Origin: an uncultured Candidatus Saccharibacteria bacterium
GTDB taxonomy: Bacteria; Patescibacteriota; Minisyncoccia; Phycocordibacterales; PALSA-1337
Reading direction: 5' to 3'
Assembly (NCBI GenBank): GCA_964529025.1
Contig: CAZGUZ010000002.1
Span: forward strand, 6,885 to 70,884
DNA: 64,000 nucleotides
Under the pieces are notes generated by a model. It was not told the origin of the DNA. It saw nothing but the letters and a program-made list of their open reading frames with translations, and searched no databases. Both the position numbers and the translations under genes were made by a program. Positions within the stretch are counted from its first letter, which is position 1, and each line of letters starts with the position of its first letter. Shown here piece after piece: positions 29,501 through 38,408 of this stretch.

Positions 29501-32500
29501 ATCGTTTGATGAATATACCGAAACGCCCACAGCTTCGATTTCTGGACTATCAGTATTCATAATTTGACCGTACCAATAGTACTTACCGCGTGTGTACAAA
29601 ATGTTTCCATCGTGTGACTCGATAAGGCGACTGTTCATGTCGTACCAATCACCCGCTGGGAAAAATCTTCGCTCAATAGAAATTCGAGCAGTCACTGAAG
29701 GTTCAGACACAAAGTAGTCCCCACCAACATTACTTACAGCAATAGCAATAACTTGTGTTGTTGTAGCGACTCTAAAGGGACCTGTATACAATTGCGTTGT
29801 ACCTTGTGGCATTCCACCACTAAACACCGGTGTTGTACCATCGGTTGTGTAGTACAAAGTTGCATCAGTTGTTCGACTCGATAGTCGTACACGAATTGGG
29901 TCACGATAATATCCTCCTCCTGGAGAAACTCGTGGTGCTACAGGAATAAACGGTGACGATGTTCCTGCAAGACCGATGATTTTAAATTCTGCAAGGTTTG
30001 CACTTGAATAGTCAGCGGCAACTAATCGTAGATAACGGTAAGCCTGGCCGCCACTATCAACAGGAACTTCTGTCACATGACGCTGTGGAAAGTATGGTGG
30101 TGTATATGGTGTTGTACTTGCAACCGTATGAATAACTGTCCAAGGACCAGTCGTTGAACTTACGTTAGATCCTTGAAGCTGAACTCCATATACTCGGGCT
30201 GTATATCCACGACGTGGAGCTAAGCCAATTGCTGTAGGAATAAATGCTGCTTTGGCGTCAACGCTGGCATAAGCACCAGAAACTGTTGCAGAGTCCCACC
30301 ATGTTTCAACATTGTTATCGTAGAGCTTTGCATAGGTGTTTCCACTGTTAAGATAACTTCCTGCGGTTCCGTTTTGATATGCGGGGTGAACATATAACTG
30401 AACCTCTCCATCAACATCAGCCAAAGGACATGCTGCTGTCGTAAATGAACGAGTTGTACCGTAGCGCGTACCGGCGACGTTTGTTGCATATGCACGATAG
30501 AAATATGTTGCTCCACATGCTAAATCACCTGTAACGGTCGTTGTTGCAAAGTCACCAACTCCAGACGTGCCTAAAATTGTTGATGTCGCGCCGAACGTTG
30601 TTGTGATACCGTATGCAATTCCTCGAGCTGTCGTACTTGCTCCACCATCAGATGTTACTGATCCTGCAAGTAATGCTCTAAAAGCATATACCGTTGTTGA
30701 GGCTAAAGTTGTTACTGTTGGTGCAACCGAGTTAAGTACAGTTACGTTAACTGCAGTCGATGTTGCTCTATTACCTGCAATATCTTGAACTGTGGCCGAA
30801 AGTGTGTGTGCGCCATCTGTTGTTGTGAGAGAGTTCCATGTAATTGAATATGGCGATGTTGTACCCGATGAACCAATAGGAGAACCATCGAGATTAAACT
30901 GAACTGACGTTACCCGAACATTGTCAGTTGATGTTGCTGTAAGTGTAACTGAACTGCCGACAAGTGTTGCCCCAGCAGCTGGAGCTGTCATAGTAACAGC
31001 TGGTGCAATTACATCCGCAAGAACTGTTATTGATGTTGTAGCCGAACTTAACGGGTCTGTAATAATTAAAGTTCCCGTTGCTGAACCAGCATACAATACA
31101 ATTGATGCTGATAAAGAGTCAGCAACACTTTGTGACTGAATTGCCGCACCGTTTCCACCAGTTACCGTAAATGTTGGTGTTCCAGGAGTTCCTGCTGTCC
31201 AACCCGTAGCATTACCTGTCAAAGAAATGCTGGATGTGGCACCTTGCATTATTGTTGTTGTGCTTGGCGTAATCGTAATAAGCGAGTTATTAACATTAAC
31301 CGTAATTGTAGTTGAGGCCACATTACTTGATGCATCTGTCGCAATGGCTTTAATGGTGTGTGTACCGTCTGAGTAACCTGTAGTATTCCACGTAACACTA
31401 TGGGGCGACGTTCCACCAGCACTGCCAACTTGCACCCCATCAACCTGAAGAACAATTGAGTTGAGCAAAACATCATCAGTTGATGAAGCTGTAATTGTTA
31501 CACTACTACCAAGAACTGTAGCATCCTGAAGTGGTGCTGTAATTTCTACCTGAGGAGCAGTTGTATCAGCAGAAAGTGAAAAATCGGCAGTTGCGGTATT
31601 TGATGTCGAAGAACCTGCCGCTGTTATTGTTCGAATTCGATAAAAATAACTTGTATCATTGGTGATATCTGGATCATTCAAAGATAATGTTGTTGAGCCA
31701 AGCAACAATGCTCGCAAATTTTGTGTAAAGTTTATATTTGTAGCTCGCTCAAGGTAGTTATCAAAGGCAGTACCGTTGGTGCTCCATGAAAGATCTACCG
31801 AGAGGCCATTTTTAACACCCACCAAACTTGAAACAGCCGTTGGTGGGGTCGCTGTAACGAAGAATGAATCGAGGTTCCAACTTGAATACCACGAAATAGA
31901 CATAGTATTTACTGTTGGAAACGTAATTGGCAGCCATACAAACCTTGAGTTATACAGTGAACCTGTTGCATATGCTGAGTTATCAAAGCGATCACCTATA
32001 TATACAAAACCATCTGTTCTACCTTCAACTTTAAGTACTTCACTTGGCTGTGAAGCAAAGCCGGTCGAATTATCAAAAAGACTACTACTCTGAAATGGAT
32101 TCACTGGATACGAGTACGTACCGAGTGGGGACGAAGACGTCGAGTACTTTACTAGTGTATGTGCAAAAGTTGCACTGGTACTTGCTGTCATCAAATAATA
32201 CACATCACCGTACCTAAACATTACCGGCGTTGCTCTGTTTGCAAGCGCGGCCACGTTAACAAAACTACCTTGAGGCGACAAATAGTCGCTGCTCAATTGA
32301 GCAACAACGATACGTGTTGTGTCCGAAGAAGCATGAGCAACGTAACCGGTTCCGTTATTATCTACAAACAAGTCGAGATCGTTATTTCCAAAGCCACTAA
32401 TATCAAGGCGTGTATTATAAACCCTGAAAGGACCGTACGGTTTTGACGATGTGGCAACCATAGCTCTACCCGCAGAAGCATTTCGAGCCCACATAACATA

Positions 32501-33589
32501 GGTACTACTTGCAGCATTGTAAATCACACGAGGGCGAGTATATCTAATACTTGAAGAAGCTATCATAAAGCCTTCATACTTCCAGTTTAAAAGATCGTTT
32601 GATGAATATGCGACGATTCCACCAAGTTCGACTTCTGGCGTACTATTGTTATACGACTCTCCATACCAATAGTATTTACCGTCCAAATAACTGATACCTC
32701 CCGTGTGTGCATCAATAAGCTGGCCACCATTTACATTCCTCCACTCATTTCCCGGGGTAAAGTTGGGTGCAATATAAAAATATGCAGGATCAGAAATTTC
32801 TGAAGAATTTGTGCCACCAAGCACCGCTATTGCTTTAATAGTTGTAGTTGCCGTACTCGTAATTAAGAATGGGTATGTATACGCCTGCGTGGTTCCCTGT
32901 GGTACTCCTGCTGTAACAACAGGGTTTGTTCCGTCAGTTGTATAGTACAAAGAAGCATCCGTTGTAAGACTTGCTAAGGTTACCAATGTTGATGTTGCAT
33001 AACGACCACCATGAGGAGTAATCGTTGGTGTTACAGGCGTGTACGGAGTACTACTTGAAGCAATACCAATCATGCGCAACTCTGCCACCGAACCATAAAA
33101 GTTATTCTGAGTTAATACTCGATAGTAGCGGTAATACTGGTTTCCCGTATCAATAGAAATTTCATTGAGCTGCTTTTGCGGATAATACGGTGGCATACTT
33201 GGTACCGTATAAATTGTTGTCCATGGTCCGGTTGATGAACTTACATTGGCACCTTGAACTATTGCCCCTACAAGTCGCGGAACATAGCCCAAACGCGGTG
33301 CAATTCTAATTTTTGTTACTTTTGCAGCCGACAAAAGATCAAGGCCTACGTATCCTTGCGCAACCGAAGAGTCCCAGTGAGTTGTAAGGTCACTATCAAA
33401 TACCTTAGCAATCGTGTTGCCGTTATTACCAAAACTTCCCGCCGTACCAATCTGATACTGTGAGGCAATACTAAATTGAACTTCGCCCGTAGCGGCATGG
33501 ACCAGAGTCGGAGTTGTAGCAAAACAAAGAGCACTGTAGAGTAGCGCAACAAAAAATACTGGGGTCAGCTTGTTCACCAGACGATACAT
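26597..33589 (-). CDS. Giant (~2330-aa) secreted multidomain protein: 2x [F5/8-type C (discoidin) + GH43-like 5-bladed beta-propeller], FN3/Ig-like repeats, 2 C-terminal peptidoglycan-binding (PG_binding_1) domains
   Basis: Signal peptide at MYRLVNKLTPVFFVALLY. Discoidin-like segments read NTIAKVFDSDLTTHWDS and NTYAKLYDNNVETWWDS. Propeller signatures read DGKYYWYGE..SSNDLLNWK and RGKYYWYGQ..SSNDLLNWT. The C-terminus has two LQ..L...G.....G.FG..T..AV..LQ PG-binding repeats. Confidence 0.8.
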   Translation of the reverse strand: MYRLVNKLTPVFFVALLYSALCFATTPTLVHAATGEVQFSIASQYQIGTAGSFGNNGNTIAKVFDSDLTTHWDSSVAQGYVGLDLLSAAKVTKIRIAPRLGYVPRLVGAIVQGANVSSSTGPWTTIYTVPSMPPYYPQKQLNEISIDTGNQYYRYYRVLTQNNFYGSVAELRMIGIASSSTPYTPVTPTITPHGGRYATSTLVTLASLTTDASLYYTTDGTNPVVTAGVPQGTTQAYTYPFLITSTATTTIKAIAVLGGTNSSEISDPAYFYIAPNFTPGNEWRNVNGGQLIDAHTGGISYLDGKYYWYGESYNNSTPEVELGGIVAYSSNDLLNWKYEGFMIASSSIRYTRPRVIYNAASSTYVMWARNASAGRAMVATSSKPYGPFRVYNTRLDISGFGNNDLDLFVDNNGTGYVAHASSDTTRIVVAQLSSDYLSPQGSFVNVAALANRATPVMFRYGDVYYLMTASTSATFAHTLVKYSTSSSPLGTYSYPVNPFQSSSLFDNSTGFASQPSEVLKVEGRTDGFVYIGDRFDNSAYATGSLYNSRFVWLPITFPTVNTMSISWYSSWNLDSFFVTATPPTAVSSLVGVKNGLSVDLSWSTNGTAFDNYLERATNINFTQNLRALLLGSTTLSLNDPDITNDTSYFYRIRTITAAGSSTSNTATADFSLSADTTAPQVEITAPLQDATVLGSSVTITASSTDDVLLNSIVLQVDGVQVGSAGGTSPHSVTWNTTGYSDGTHTIKAIATDASSNVASTTITVNVNNSLITITPSTTTIMQGATSSISLTGNATGWTAGTPGTPTFTVTGGNGAAIQSQSVADSLSASIVLYAGSATGTLIITDPLSSATTSITVLADVIAPAVTMTAPAAGATLVGSSVTLTATSTDNVRVTSVQFNLDGSPIGSSGTTSPYSITWNSLTTTDGAHTLSATVQDIAGNRATSTAVNVTVLNSVAPTVTTLASTTVYAFRALLAGSVTSDGGASTTARGIAYGITTTFGATSTILGTSGVGDFATTTVTGDLACGATYFYRAYATNVAGTRYGTTRSFTTAACPLADVDGEVQLYVHPAYQNGTAGSYLNSGNTYAKLYDNNVETWWDSATVSGAYASVDAKAAFIPTAIGLAPRRGYTARVYGVQLQGSNVSSTTGPWTVIHTVASTTPYTPPYFPQRHVTEVPVDSGGQAYRYLRLVAADYSSANLAEFKIIGLAGTSSPFIPVAPRVSPGGGYYRDPIRVRLSSRTTDATLYYTTDGTTPVFSGGMPQGTTQLYTGPFRVATTTQVIAIAVSNVGGDYFVSEPSVTARISIERRFFPAGDWYDMNSRLIESHDGNILYTRGKYYWYGQIMNTDSPEIEAVGVSVYSSNDLLNWTEEQPIVYGGRLHIIERPHVIYNATTSKYVMWGHNVISYPNSRAFIAYGDNPTGPFTIFSTTYNPNGEGLNDMNLFKDADGKAYVLYSNGINTKFFISLLTDDYLGTTETFLNPANHNGREAPAMFIRNGIHYLVTSGLSGWAPNMNTYATSTTGVLGTWSTRVNPFLPSAEEDYTLAFRSQTTHILEIPGRAGSYIYMGDRFNYTDVNNGSLYGSRHVWLPITMGTGTIMTIPWKSSWDLDTEFPTTDGPDAATNVAVNRVGNTVTVTWDNNEPTSADVYLVRATNNIFTQNVVSEYLSSTTESFVDTFDVQTGQQYFYKVQTVTGSGTTNSAVVGTGEVADTTPPVVSSLSATSTATTNIRVTWTTDEAATSRVEYGTTLSYGTLSALNPSLVTSHDITVGDLATSTLYYVRVVSVDASGNTATSSGTTITTLAGTSTQAIVATLAAPTLSSASDSGVSNSDRVTNDTTPTFTGTASTSATVYLYQGGSTLIGSASESGGTWTITSSALSDGSYAISAVQQVGSDYSATSSATTVTVDTTAPTAALTAGQSTVGSSGTTVTVTGVSDIYTFGIHDISVTNGTVGSFATTSQSVYTFNVAPVAQGAMNLVLGTTTYTDLAGNANTVSTLLNLTADLTSPIISSVNATSTSSTAALITWTTDEASDSQVEYGTTLSLGSLSTLGSSLVTSHSVTLSSLIASTTYYYRVLSLDAYANEATSSIETFTTQIAPAVEAPATPTARSSRRGGGSSRTYVGRTPASVQTPAVTVLPNTSQQNSSQGISSNNPRTFTQQLSVGSIGTEVRQLQAILFERGMIDVPPTGFFGIKTLAGVRELQKQYGLPSVGTVGPLTRELLNTIISGDSNPVSVPAPQNIESQTVPQVVPQIPQQSARFEFKNFLEFGMENSEVEELQKRLIELGVYAGPVTGYYGEKTKAAVIELQKKNGLDQRGYVGVNTRKILNSR

Positions 33590-33625
33590 ACATACAGTAT
33601 AACACCGGCAAAAGCTCAACGGGGC

Positions 33626-34174
33626 TTATTTATTCACATTTTCTGAGCGTGAACACCAGAGTGTTAGCCCAATACCAACTAAAACAATAAGGAGTGCAGC
33701 AAAGTAGGTAATACCAGCAATTTGATCGGTGTACTCAAGGATTCCAAACATAGAAAAAAGAGTGTTCCAGTCATGTTCAACACTATCTCCTCCAAGCAAT
33801 GGCAGCACCATTCTTTGTGCATCACCCATGTATACTGAGACCTCAACCAAACTCTGCCCCATCCACATAATTATAATTCCCGAAGAATAAAATTCGCGCT
33901 TCAGAAAAAAGTATCCTGCAATAACGAGCGGAACAATAACTTGCATTGCTGATCCTGCAATAAAGTGAATAAACTTTCCAAAGAAAGCTGCTAGTGTATG
34001 CCCTGCTTCATGGAAAATAAGATTAACGGTACTTATAATATGAAATTCTTGTGGTGTTTGTATGGCGTATACAATGTATACAATAGCAATAAGTGCGCCG
34101 ATAAGCTTTCCGTAATGGATTCGTGCTGAATACTCTTGTTCTATTGCTCTATATATAAATGAGACGGCATTCAT
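33626..34174 (-). CDS. Small polytopic membrane protein with an HExxH motif (putative membrane metalloprotease-like)
   Basis: Contains IFHEAGHTLAAFFG within hydrophobic helices. The start is assigned to the internal Met (MNAVSF), because the longer GTG-started ORF would place a terminator hairpin at 34222-34243 inside coding sequence. Confidence 0.45.
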   Translation of the reverse strand: MNAVSFIYRAIEQEYSARIHYGKLIGALIAIVYIVYAIQTPQEFHIISTVNLIFHEAGHTLAAFFGKFIHFIAGSAMQVIVPLVIAGYFFLKREFYSSGIIIMWMGQSLVEVSVYMGDAQRMVLPLLGGDSVEHDWNTLFSMFGILEYTDQIAGITYFAALLIVLVGIGLTLWCSRSENVNK

Positions 34175-34207
34175 ATACTTATTATACACGAGGTCGTACC
34201 CCTCGTG

Positions 34208-34243
34208 GTCAGCAAACAAAAAGGCGCCCCCGAAAGGGCGCCT
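34208..34243 (-). terminator. Rho-independent terminator (minus strand) ending the GC-rich unit
   Basis: The minus strand reads aggcgccctttcgggggcgcct followed by ttttgtttg, a 9-bp GC stem with a U-run. Confidence 0.6.
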
Positions 34244-34510
34244 GTGCGATCGCATAATAGCGATCACTGGCCATTTGCTGGATCCTGCGGTGGATCTCCA
34301 GCTTGATCCGTGTCAGAAGGCTGTTCTCTGCAGCCACTTGGACTCCAAGTAACAGTGCCGTCACCGGCACCATTTGCTTCCCCTGAGCGACTCACCCCGA
34401 CAATCACGGGATTACCCCAGGGTGTAACTGGTTGAACAGGAAAATTTTCCATACTGCACTTAGAGTACACCCGCAAATTAAAAGTAGCAACTGTGCACAT
34501 TTAGGTATGA
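34244..34510 (-). ncRNA. Candidate structured RNA / leader (unclassified), or alternatively a 78-aa Pro/Gly/Cys-rich ORF (34264..34500)
   Basis: A ~270-nt segment with locally high GC is bounded by a near-consensus promoter and a strong terminator on the minus strand. It contains several GC hairpins, including GUGCCG-GUGA-CGGCAC with a GNRA loop. No SD precedes the ORF start, which lies only ~10 nt from the predicted TSS. Confidence 0.3.
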
Positions 34511-34516
34511 TAAGCC

Positions 34517-34544
34517 TCTATACGGTATACTTACCTCATGTCAA
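34517..34544 (-). promoter_or_regulatory. Sigma-70-like promoter on the minus strand (TTGACA-16-TATAGA) driving the GC-rich unit
   Basis: The reverse complement of 34517-34544 reads TTGACA tgaggtaagtataccg TATAGA. It overlaps the start codon of the divergent plus-strand flavoprotein gene. Confidence 0.45.
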
Positions 34545-35815
34545 AAGACTTTGATATTCTCATTGTGGGTGGCGGACCGGCTGGAATGATGGCTGCTATT
34601 AGTGCTCGCGAGCATGACCCAAATGGAAAGCTCCGTATTGCCATCCTCGAAAAAAATGAAAGTCTTGGTAAAAAACTCTTAATTACCGGAGGTGGTAGGT
34701 GCAATGTTACCAATGCGCAATTTGATAATCGAAAGCTCCTCGAAAAGTTTGGCGAGGCTGGAAAATTTTTATTCTCGACATTTTCTGAATGGAATTCAGA
34801 AGACACAATTAACTTTTTTAATGGCCGTGGCCTTGGTACAAAAATAGAAAATGAATTACGCGCTTTCCCTATCACTGATTCTGCACAATCTGTATGGAAT
34901 GTTCTTGTGCAAGAATTAGCAATTAAGAAAATTGAAATTATAAGCAATACTCCCGTTACAAGAATTGAGCGTGCTGAAAATGACACTTATTCAGTAACCT
35001 CAAAAAATGGCACAATTTTTACAGCTCATAAAGTTATTCTTGCTACAGGAGGGACATCTCGGCCCGAAACAGGCTCAACTGGTGATGGTTATGCTTGGGC
35101 AAAAAAGCTTGGCCATACAGTTCATACGCCAATACCCTCTTTGGTTCCACTTAAAATTAAAGATTCTTGGATCAAAGATGTTGCTGGGGTTTCACTTCCT
35201 TTGGTTAAAATTACTACGATTCAATTTGATAAAAAGTGTCAGAGTGTTAAAGGAAAACTACTCTTTACCCACGTTGGCGTTAGTGGCCCTACCATTTTAA
35301 ATATGAGCAAGCATGTTGGTGAGCTCTTAGGTTATGGTGATGTCATTATTGAGCTCGATCTTGTACCTGAACTTGATTACGGAAAGCTCAACCAAAAACT
35401 TCAGGATGTTTTTAAAGTGAATTCAAATAAAATGTTTAAGAATTCACTTGGTGATATTGTTCCAACCACTTTAGCTCCTATTATCGTAAAGCTTTCGGGC
35501 ATTAATCCCGAAGTTCAATGTAATAGTGTTACTCGCGAGGAGCGCCTACATTGCGTTAAAGTTTTGAAGCATCTTCAAATTACGGTTGACTCTTTGCTCG
35601 GCACCGACAAAGCAATTATTACCAGTGGAGGAGTTGAACTTACCGAAATTGATTTCAAGAAAATGGAATCCCTCAAAAATCCTGGCCTCTATATTATTGG
35701 AGATATGCTCAATATTAACCGCCCTTCAGGTGGATACAGTCTTCAGCTTTGCTGGACAACAGGCTTTGTTGCTGGGCAACATGCAGCTACACAGGCTCTA
35801 CTTCTCAAGGTCTAG
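34538..35815 (+). CDS. HI0933/BaiN-family FAD-dependent oxidoreductase (aminoacetone-oxidase-like flavoprotein)
   Basis: The N-terminus FDILIVGGGPAGMMAAISA (GxGxxG) is followed by ITGGGRCNVTN, characteristic of the HI0933-like family. Confidence 0.75.
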   Translation: MSKDFDILIVGGGPAGMMAAISAREHDPNGKLRIAILEKNESLGKKLLITGGGRCNVTNAQFDNRKLLEKFGEAGKFLFSTFSEWNSEDTINFFNGRGLGTKIENELRAFPITDSAQSVWNVLVQELAIKKIEIISNTPVTRIERAENDTYSVTSKNGTIFTAHKVILATGGTSRPETGSTGDGYAWAKKLGHTVHTPIPSLVPLKIKDSWIKDVAGVSLPLVKITTIQFDKKCQSVKGKLLFTHVGVSGPTILNMSKHVGELLGYGDVIIELDLVPELDYGKLNQKLQDVFKVNSNKMFKNSLGDIVPTTLAPIIVKLSGINPEVQCNSVTREERLHCVKVLKHLQITVDSLLGTDKAIITSGGVELTEIDFKKMESLKNPGLYIIGDMLNINRPSGGYSLQLCWTTGFVAGQHAATQALLLKV

Positions 35816-37288
35816 AATATCGTCAATACGGATTTGTTCTACGAATTCTGGAACGTGACTCACTAAAATCATTGCTCCTTGGTATGCATCAAGTGCTTCG
35901 GCAATTACAGGAATATGTCTAAAGTTAATATGGTTTGTAGGCTCATCAAGAATGAGTAACCCTGGTTTTTGCAAAACCAAACGAGCAAAAGCGACGAGGC
36001 CTTTCTGCCCTTCAGACAAAGAACCGATTTTTGAAAAAATCATATCGCCTGTAATTAAAAACCCAGCGGCAACTGCTCGCATATCTTGCTCGATTTTTAT
36101 ATCCATCACCGACATTAGTGAATCATATACAGAGTCTTCAAAGTTAAGCGTAGAAAAATCTTGGCGGTAATAGCCCACACGAATACCCTCTAAGATTTTT
36201 GCTCCTGGATTAGAACCCGAAGCAATAGATTCGAGCAATGTACTTTTACCAATACCATTAGGGCCCTTAAGTAAAACGTGTTTATTGCGGCGCAATACTA
36301 ATTTTGTTGTACGCTTTACGGGCTTATGTGTCTTTGGGTTGAGTGTTGTAAACTCGGTCACTGTCAAAATATCGCCCACAATATCAGGCTGTGAAGGAAT
36401 TTCGAACGGTCGGATGGTGCGATCTTCTTTACGAATATCTACCTTTTCTTCTTCAAGCTCTTCGGCTCGCTCACGCATGCGCTTAGCAACAAGGCGCATC
36501 TGTCCACCTTTATTTGCAAAAAAGTTTGCTTTATCTTTATTGGCTTGAATTTCTTTTGCCAACTGAGCATTCTTACGATTATCTTTTTCTACCTTTGCGG
36601 TAATTTGTTCAACTACATCAAAATAGTTACCGACATATTGTTCAATTTTTTGTGTGTATACATCAAGGTATAAAACTCCATCGGTAAAAGCATTAAGAAA
36701 AGCTGCATCGTGCGAAATTACAATAACTGTTTTTGAATATGCAATAAGAAACTGCGTTAGATGAGCAATACCTGCTGCATCAAGATTATTTGTGGGCTCA
36801 TCAAGCAATAAAAGATCCGGCTTTTGAATAAGAGCCGATGCCAAGAGGAGTCGTGCCTGCTGGCCACCAGAAAATGAACGAACTATTCTTTCAAGCGGAG
36901 CATGCAAACCAACCACATCAAGAACTTCTTGTATGCGTGGGTCAATGTCGTACAGAGGTTCACTCTTTGGTCGTAAACCCAGAGCAGCAGAATCAGCAAA
37001 AGCTTTTTTAAAGAAATCACGCACCGTCAAATCAAGTTCATTCCGTGGAATAACTTGTCGTGACAAAGCAATGGTTACTCCTTGGCCAATATGTACTGAA
37101 CCAGATTCAGGCTTAAGAGCTCCAATAATGAGCTGAAAGAGTGTACTCTTTCCTGCTCCGTTTTGGCCCATAATAGTTGTCTTTGAACCGCGGCGCAAAG
37201 AAAAATTAACCTCGTCGAGGATAGTTTTATTGTGAGAATATTTAAATGTAAGTTCCTCAAAGCGAAGAATTCCTGAATTTTGAGACAT
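35798..37288 (-). CDS. ABC-F family ATPase (two tandem ABC domains, no TMD)
   Basis: Two Walker A sites (GQNGAGKST and GPNGIGKST), two LSGGQ signatures (FSGGQQARL and LSEGQKGLV) and a charged inter-domain linker. Overlaps the upstream gene's 3' end by 18 nt. Confidence 0.8.
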   Translation of the reverse strand: MSQNSGILRFEELTFKYSHNKTILDEVNFSLRRGSKTTIMGQNGAGKSTLFQLIIGALKPESGSVHIGQGVTIALSRQVIPRNELDLTVRDFFKKAFADSAALGLRPKSEPLYDIDPRIQEVLDVVGLHAPLERIVRSFSGGQQARLLLASALIQKPDLLLLDEPTNNLDAAGIAHLTQFLIAYSKTVIVISHDAAFLNAFTDGVLYLDVYTQKIEQYVGNYFDVVEQITAKVEKDNRKNAQLAKEIQANKDKANFFANKGGQMRLVAKRMRERAEELEEEKVDIRKEDRTIRPFEIPSQPDIVGDILTVTEFTTLNPKTHKPVKRTTKLVLRRNKHVLLKGPNGIGKSTLLESIASGSNPGAKILEGIRVGYYRQDFSTLNFEDSVYDSLMSVMDIKIEQDMRAVAAGFLITGDMIFSKIGSLSEGQKGLVAFARLVLQKPGLLILDEPTNHINFRHIPVIAEALDAYQGAMILVSHVPEFVEQIRIDDILDLEK

Positions 37289-37452
37289 ATATTTGGGCTT
37301 GTTTATACACCATACAATGATTTTGCCTTGTTTGCAATGATATAGGCACTTAAACGCCGCTCAGTGGTAACAGTTAAATTGTAGTAGTTAAATACACAAC
37401 TGGTAAAAAATGGTATAATAATAAGGTGACATTACTTCCTAATCTCTCATAT

Positions 37453-37968
37453 ATGAATAATAAAATAGTTATTTCTATTGTAGTCCTTATTGCTATTGCA
37501 GCAGGTATTTATGTTGTCGTGCAGCCACAAAAATCTGTAGTACCTGAAGCTACACAGCCTGATGTTCCTGCAGTAATTACGCCAACTACAACGCCAAGTA
37601 CTCCTACAAAGACTGTACCTGCACAAACAACGACTACAGCACCTAAACCAGTAACGGCACCAAAAGCTCCTGTAGTTGCGCCTACGAGCCCCGCCCCTGT
37701 AACAACAACCCCTGCTACACCAGTTTCTACGGTAAAAACAGCAACCATGGCCGAAGTGGCAACACACAATAATGAAGCAAGTTGCTGGAGTGTTATTGAT
37801 ACAAGTATTTACGACCTCACAGAATGGATAAGTAAGCACCCAGGTGGCTCACGCAATATCATTAAGATCTGTGGCATTGATGGTACAGCAGCTTTTGTTC
37901 GAGAACACGGAAGCAGCAAAAAAGCAGCAGCGACACTCGAAAATTACTATTACGGAGAAGTTAAATAG
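37453..37968 (+). CDS. Membrane-anchored protein with a Pro/Thr/Ala-rich linker and a C-terminal cytochrome b5-like heme-binding domain
   Basis: An N-terminal TM (IVISIVVLIAIAAGIYVVV) and a PT-rich linker precede a b5 core containing the HPGG motif (WISKHPGGSRNI). Confidence 0.6.
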   Translation: MNNKIVISIVVLIAIAAGIYVVVQPQKSVVPEATQPDVPAVITPTTTPSTPTKTVPAQTTTTAPKPVTAPKAPVVAPTSPAPVTTTPATPVSTVKTATMAEVATHNNEASCWSVIDTSIYDLTEWISKHPGGSRNIIKICGIDGTAAFVREHGSSKKAAATLENYYYGEVK

Positions 37969-38000
37969 TCGCGCTATATTAAATCATAATTAATTCTTCT

Positions 38001-38408
38001 ATGAATACTCTACAGAATGTTATATCTCGAGTGTATGCAATCCTTGATAAACTTACTCCTTACAGCACAAGTGCTTTGCGCATTGTAATTGGTCTTGTAT
38101 TTATCTATTTTGGATATACGGGCATAGTTACACCTGATATGTGGGCAGGTTTTGTTCCTGAATGGACAAGCTTTTTAGGAACACCTGAAAAACTTGTGCA
38201 GCTCCACGGTATTGCCGAGGTGGCACTTGGACTCTTGCTCATACTTGGAATTCAAACTCGTATTATTGCACTACTCCTCTTCTTAAACTTGGCACACATT
38301 ATTACAACTCTAGAATTTGGCCCAAGTATGGTTCGTGATTTCGGAATGCTCGCTGGACTCTTTACTCTAACAGCGAGTCAGACAAATCAAAATACTAGTC
38401 AAAAATAG
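38001..38408 (+). CDS. DoxX-family small membrane protein
   Basis: A 135-aa protein with 4 TM helices whose pattern and length fit DoxX (inference). Confidence 0.55.
   Translation: MNTLQNVISRVYAILDKLTPYSTSALRIVIGLVFIYFGYTGIVTPDMWAGFVPEWTSFLGTPEKLVQLHGIAEVALGLLLILGIQTRIIALLLFLNLAHIITTLEFGPSMVRDFGMLAGLFTLTASQTNQNTSQK

Noticed and set aside
27500-33500. Numerous 60-120-aa ORFs on both strands inside the giant surface-protein gene (and similarly inside 10124-13270, 20457-23762, 40302-42752, 46399-48534)
   Set aside because: They are nested within a long, motif-supported ORF. They have no independent signals and are typical shadow ORFs.
34244-34510. Identification of the GC-rich unit as RNase P RNA, SRP RNA, tmRNA, or a glycine or cobalamin riboswitch
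   Set aside because: Only short chance-level similarities were seen (e.g. GGUG...CACUGU, GUCAG...GCAGCC). The order and spacing of the conserved elements do not fit any of these families, so it is left unclassified pending a covariance-model search.
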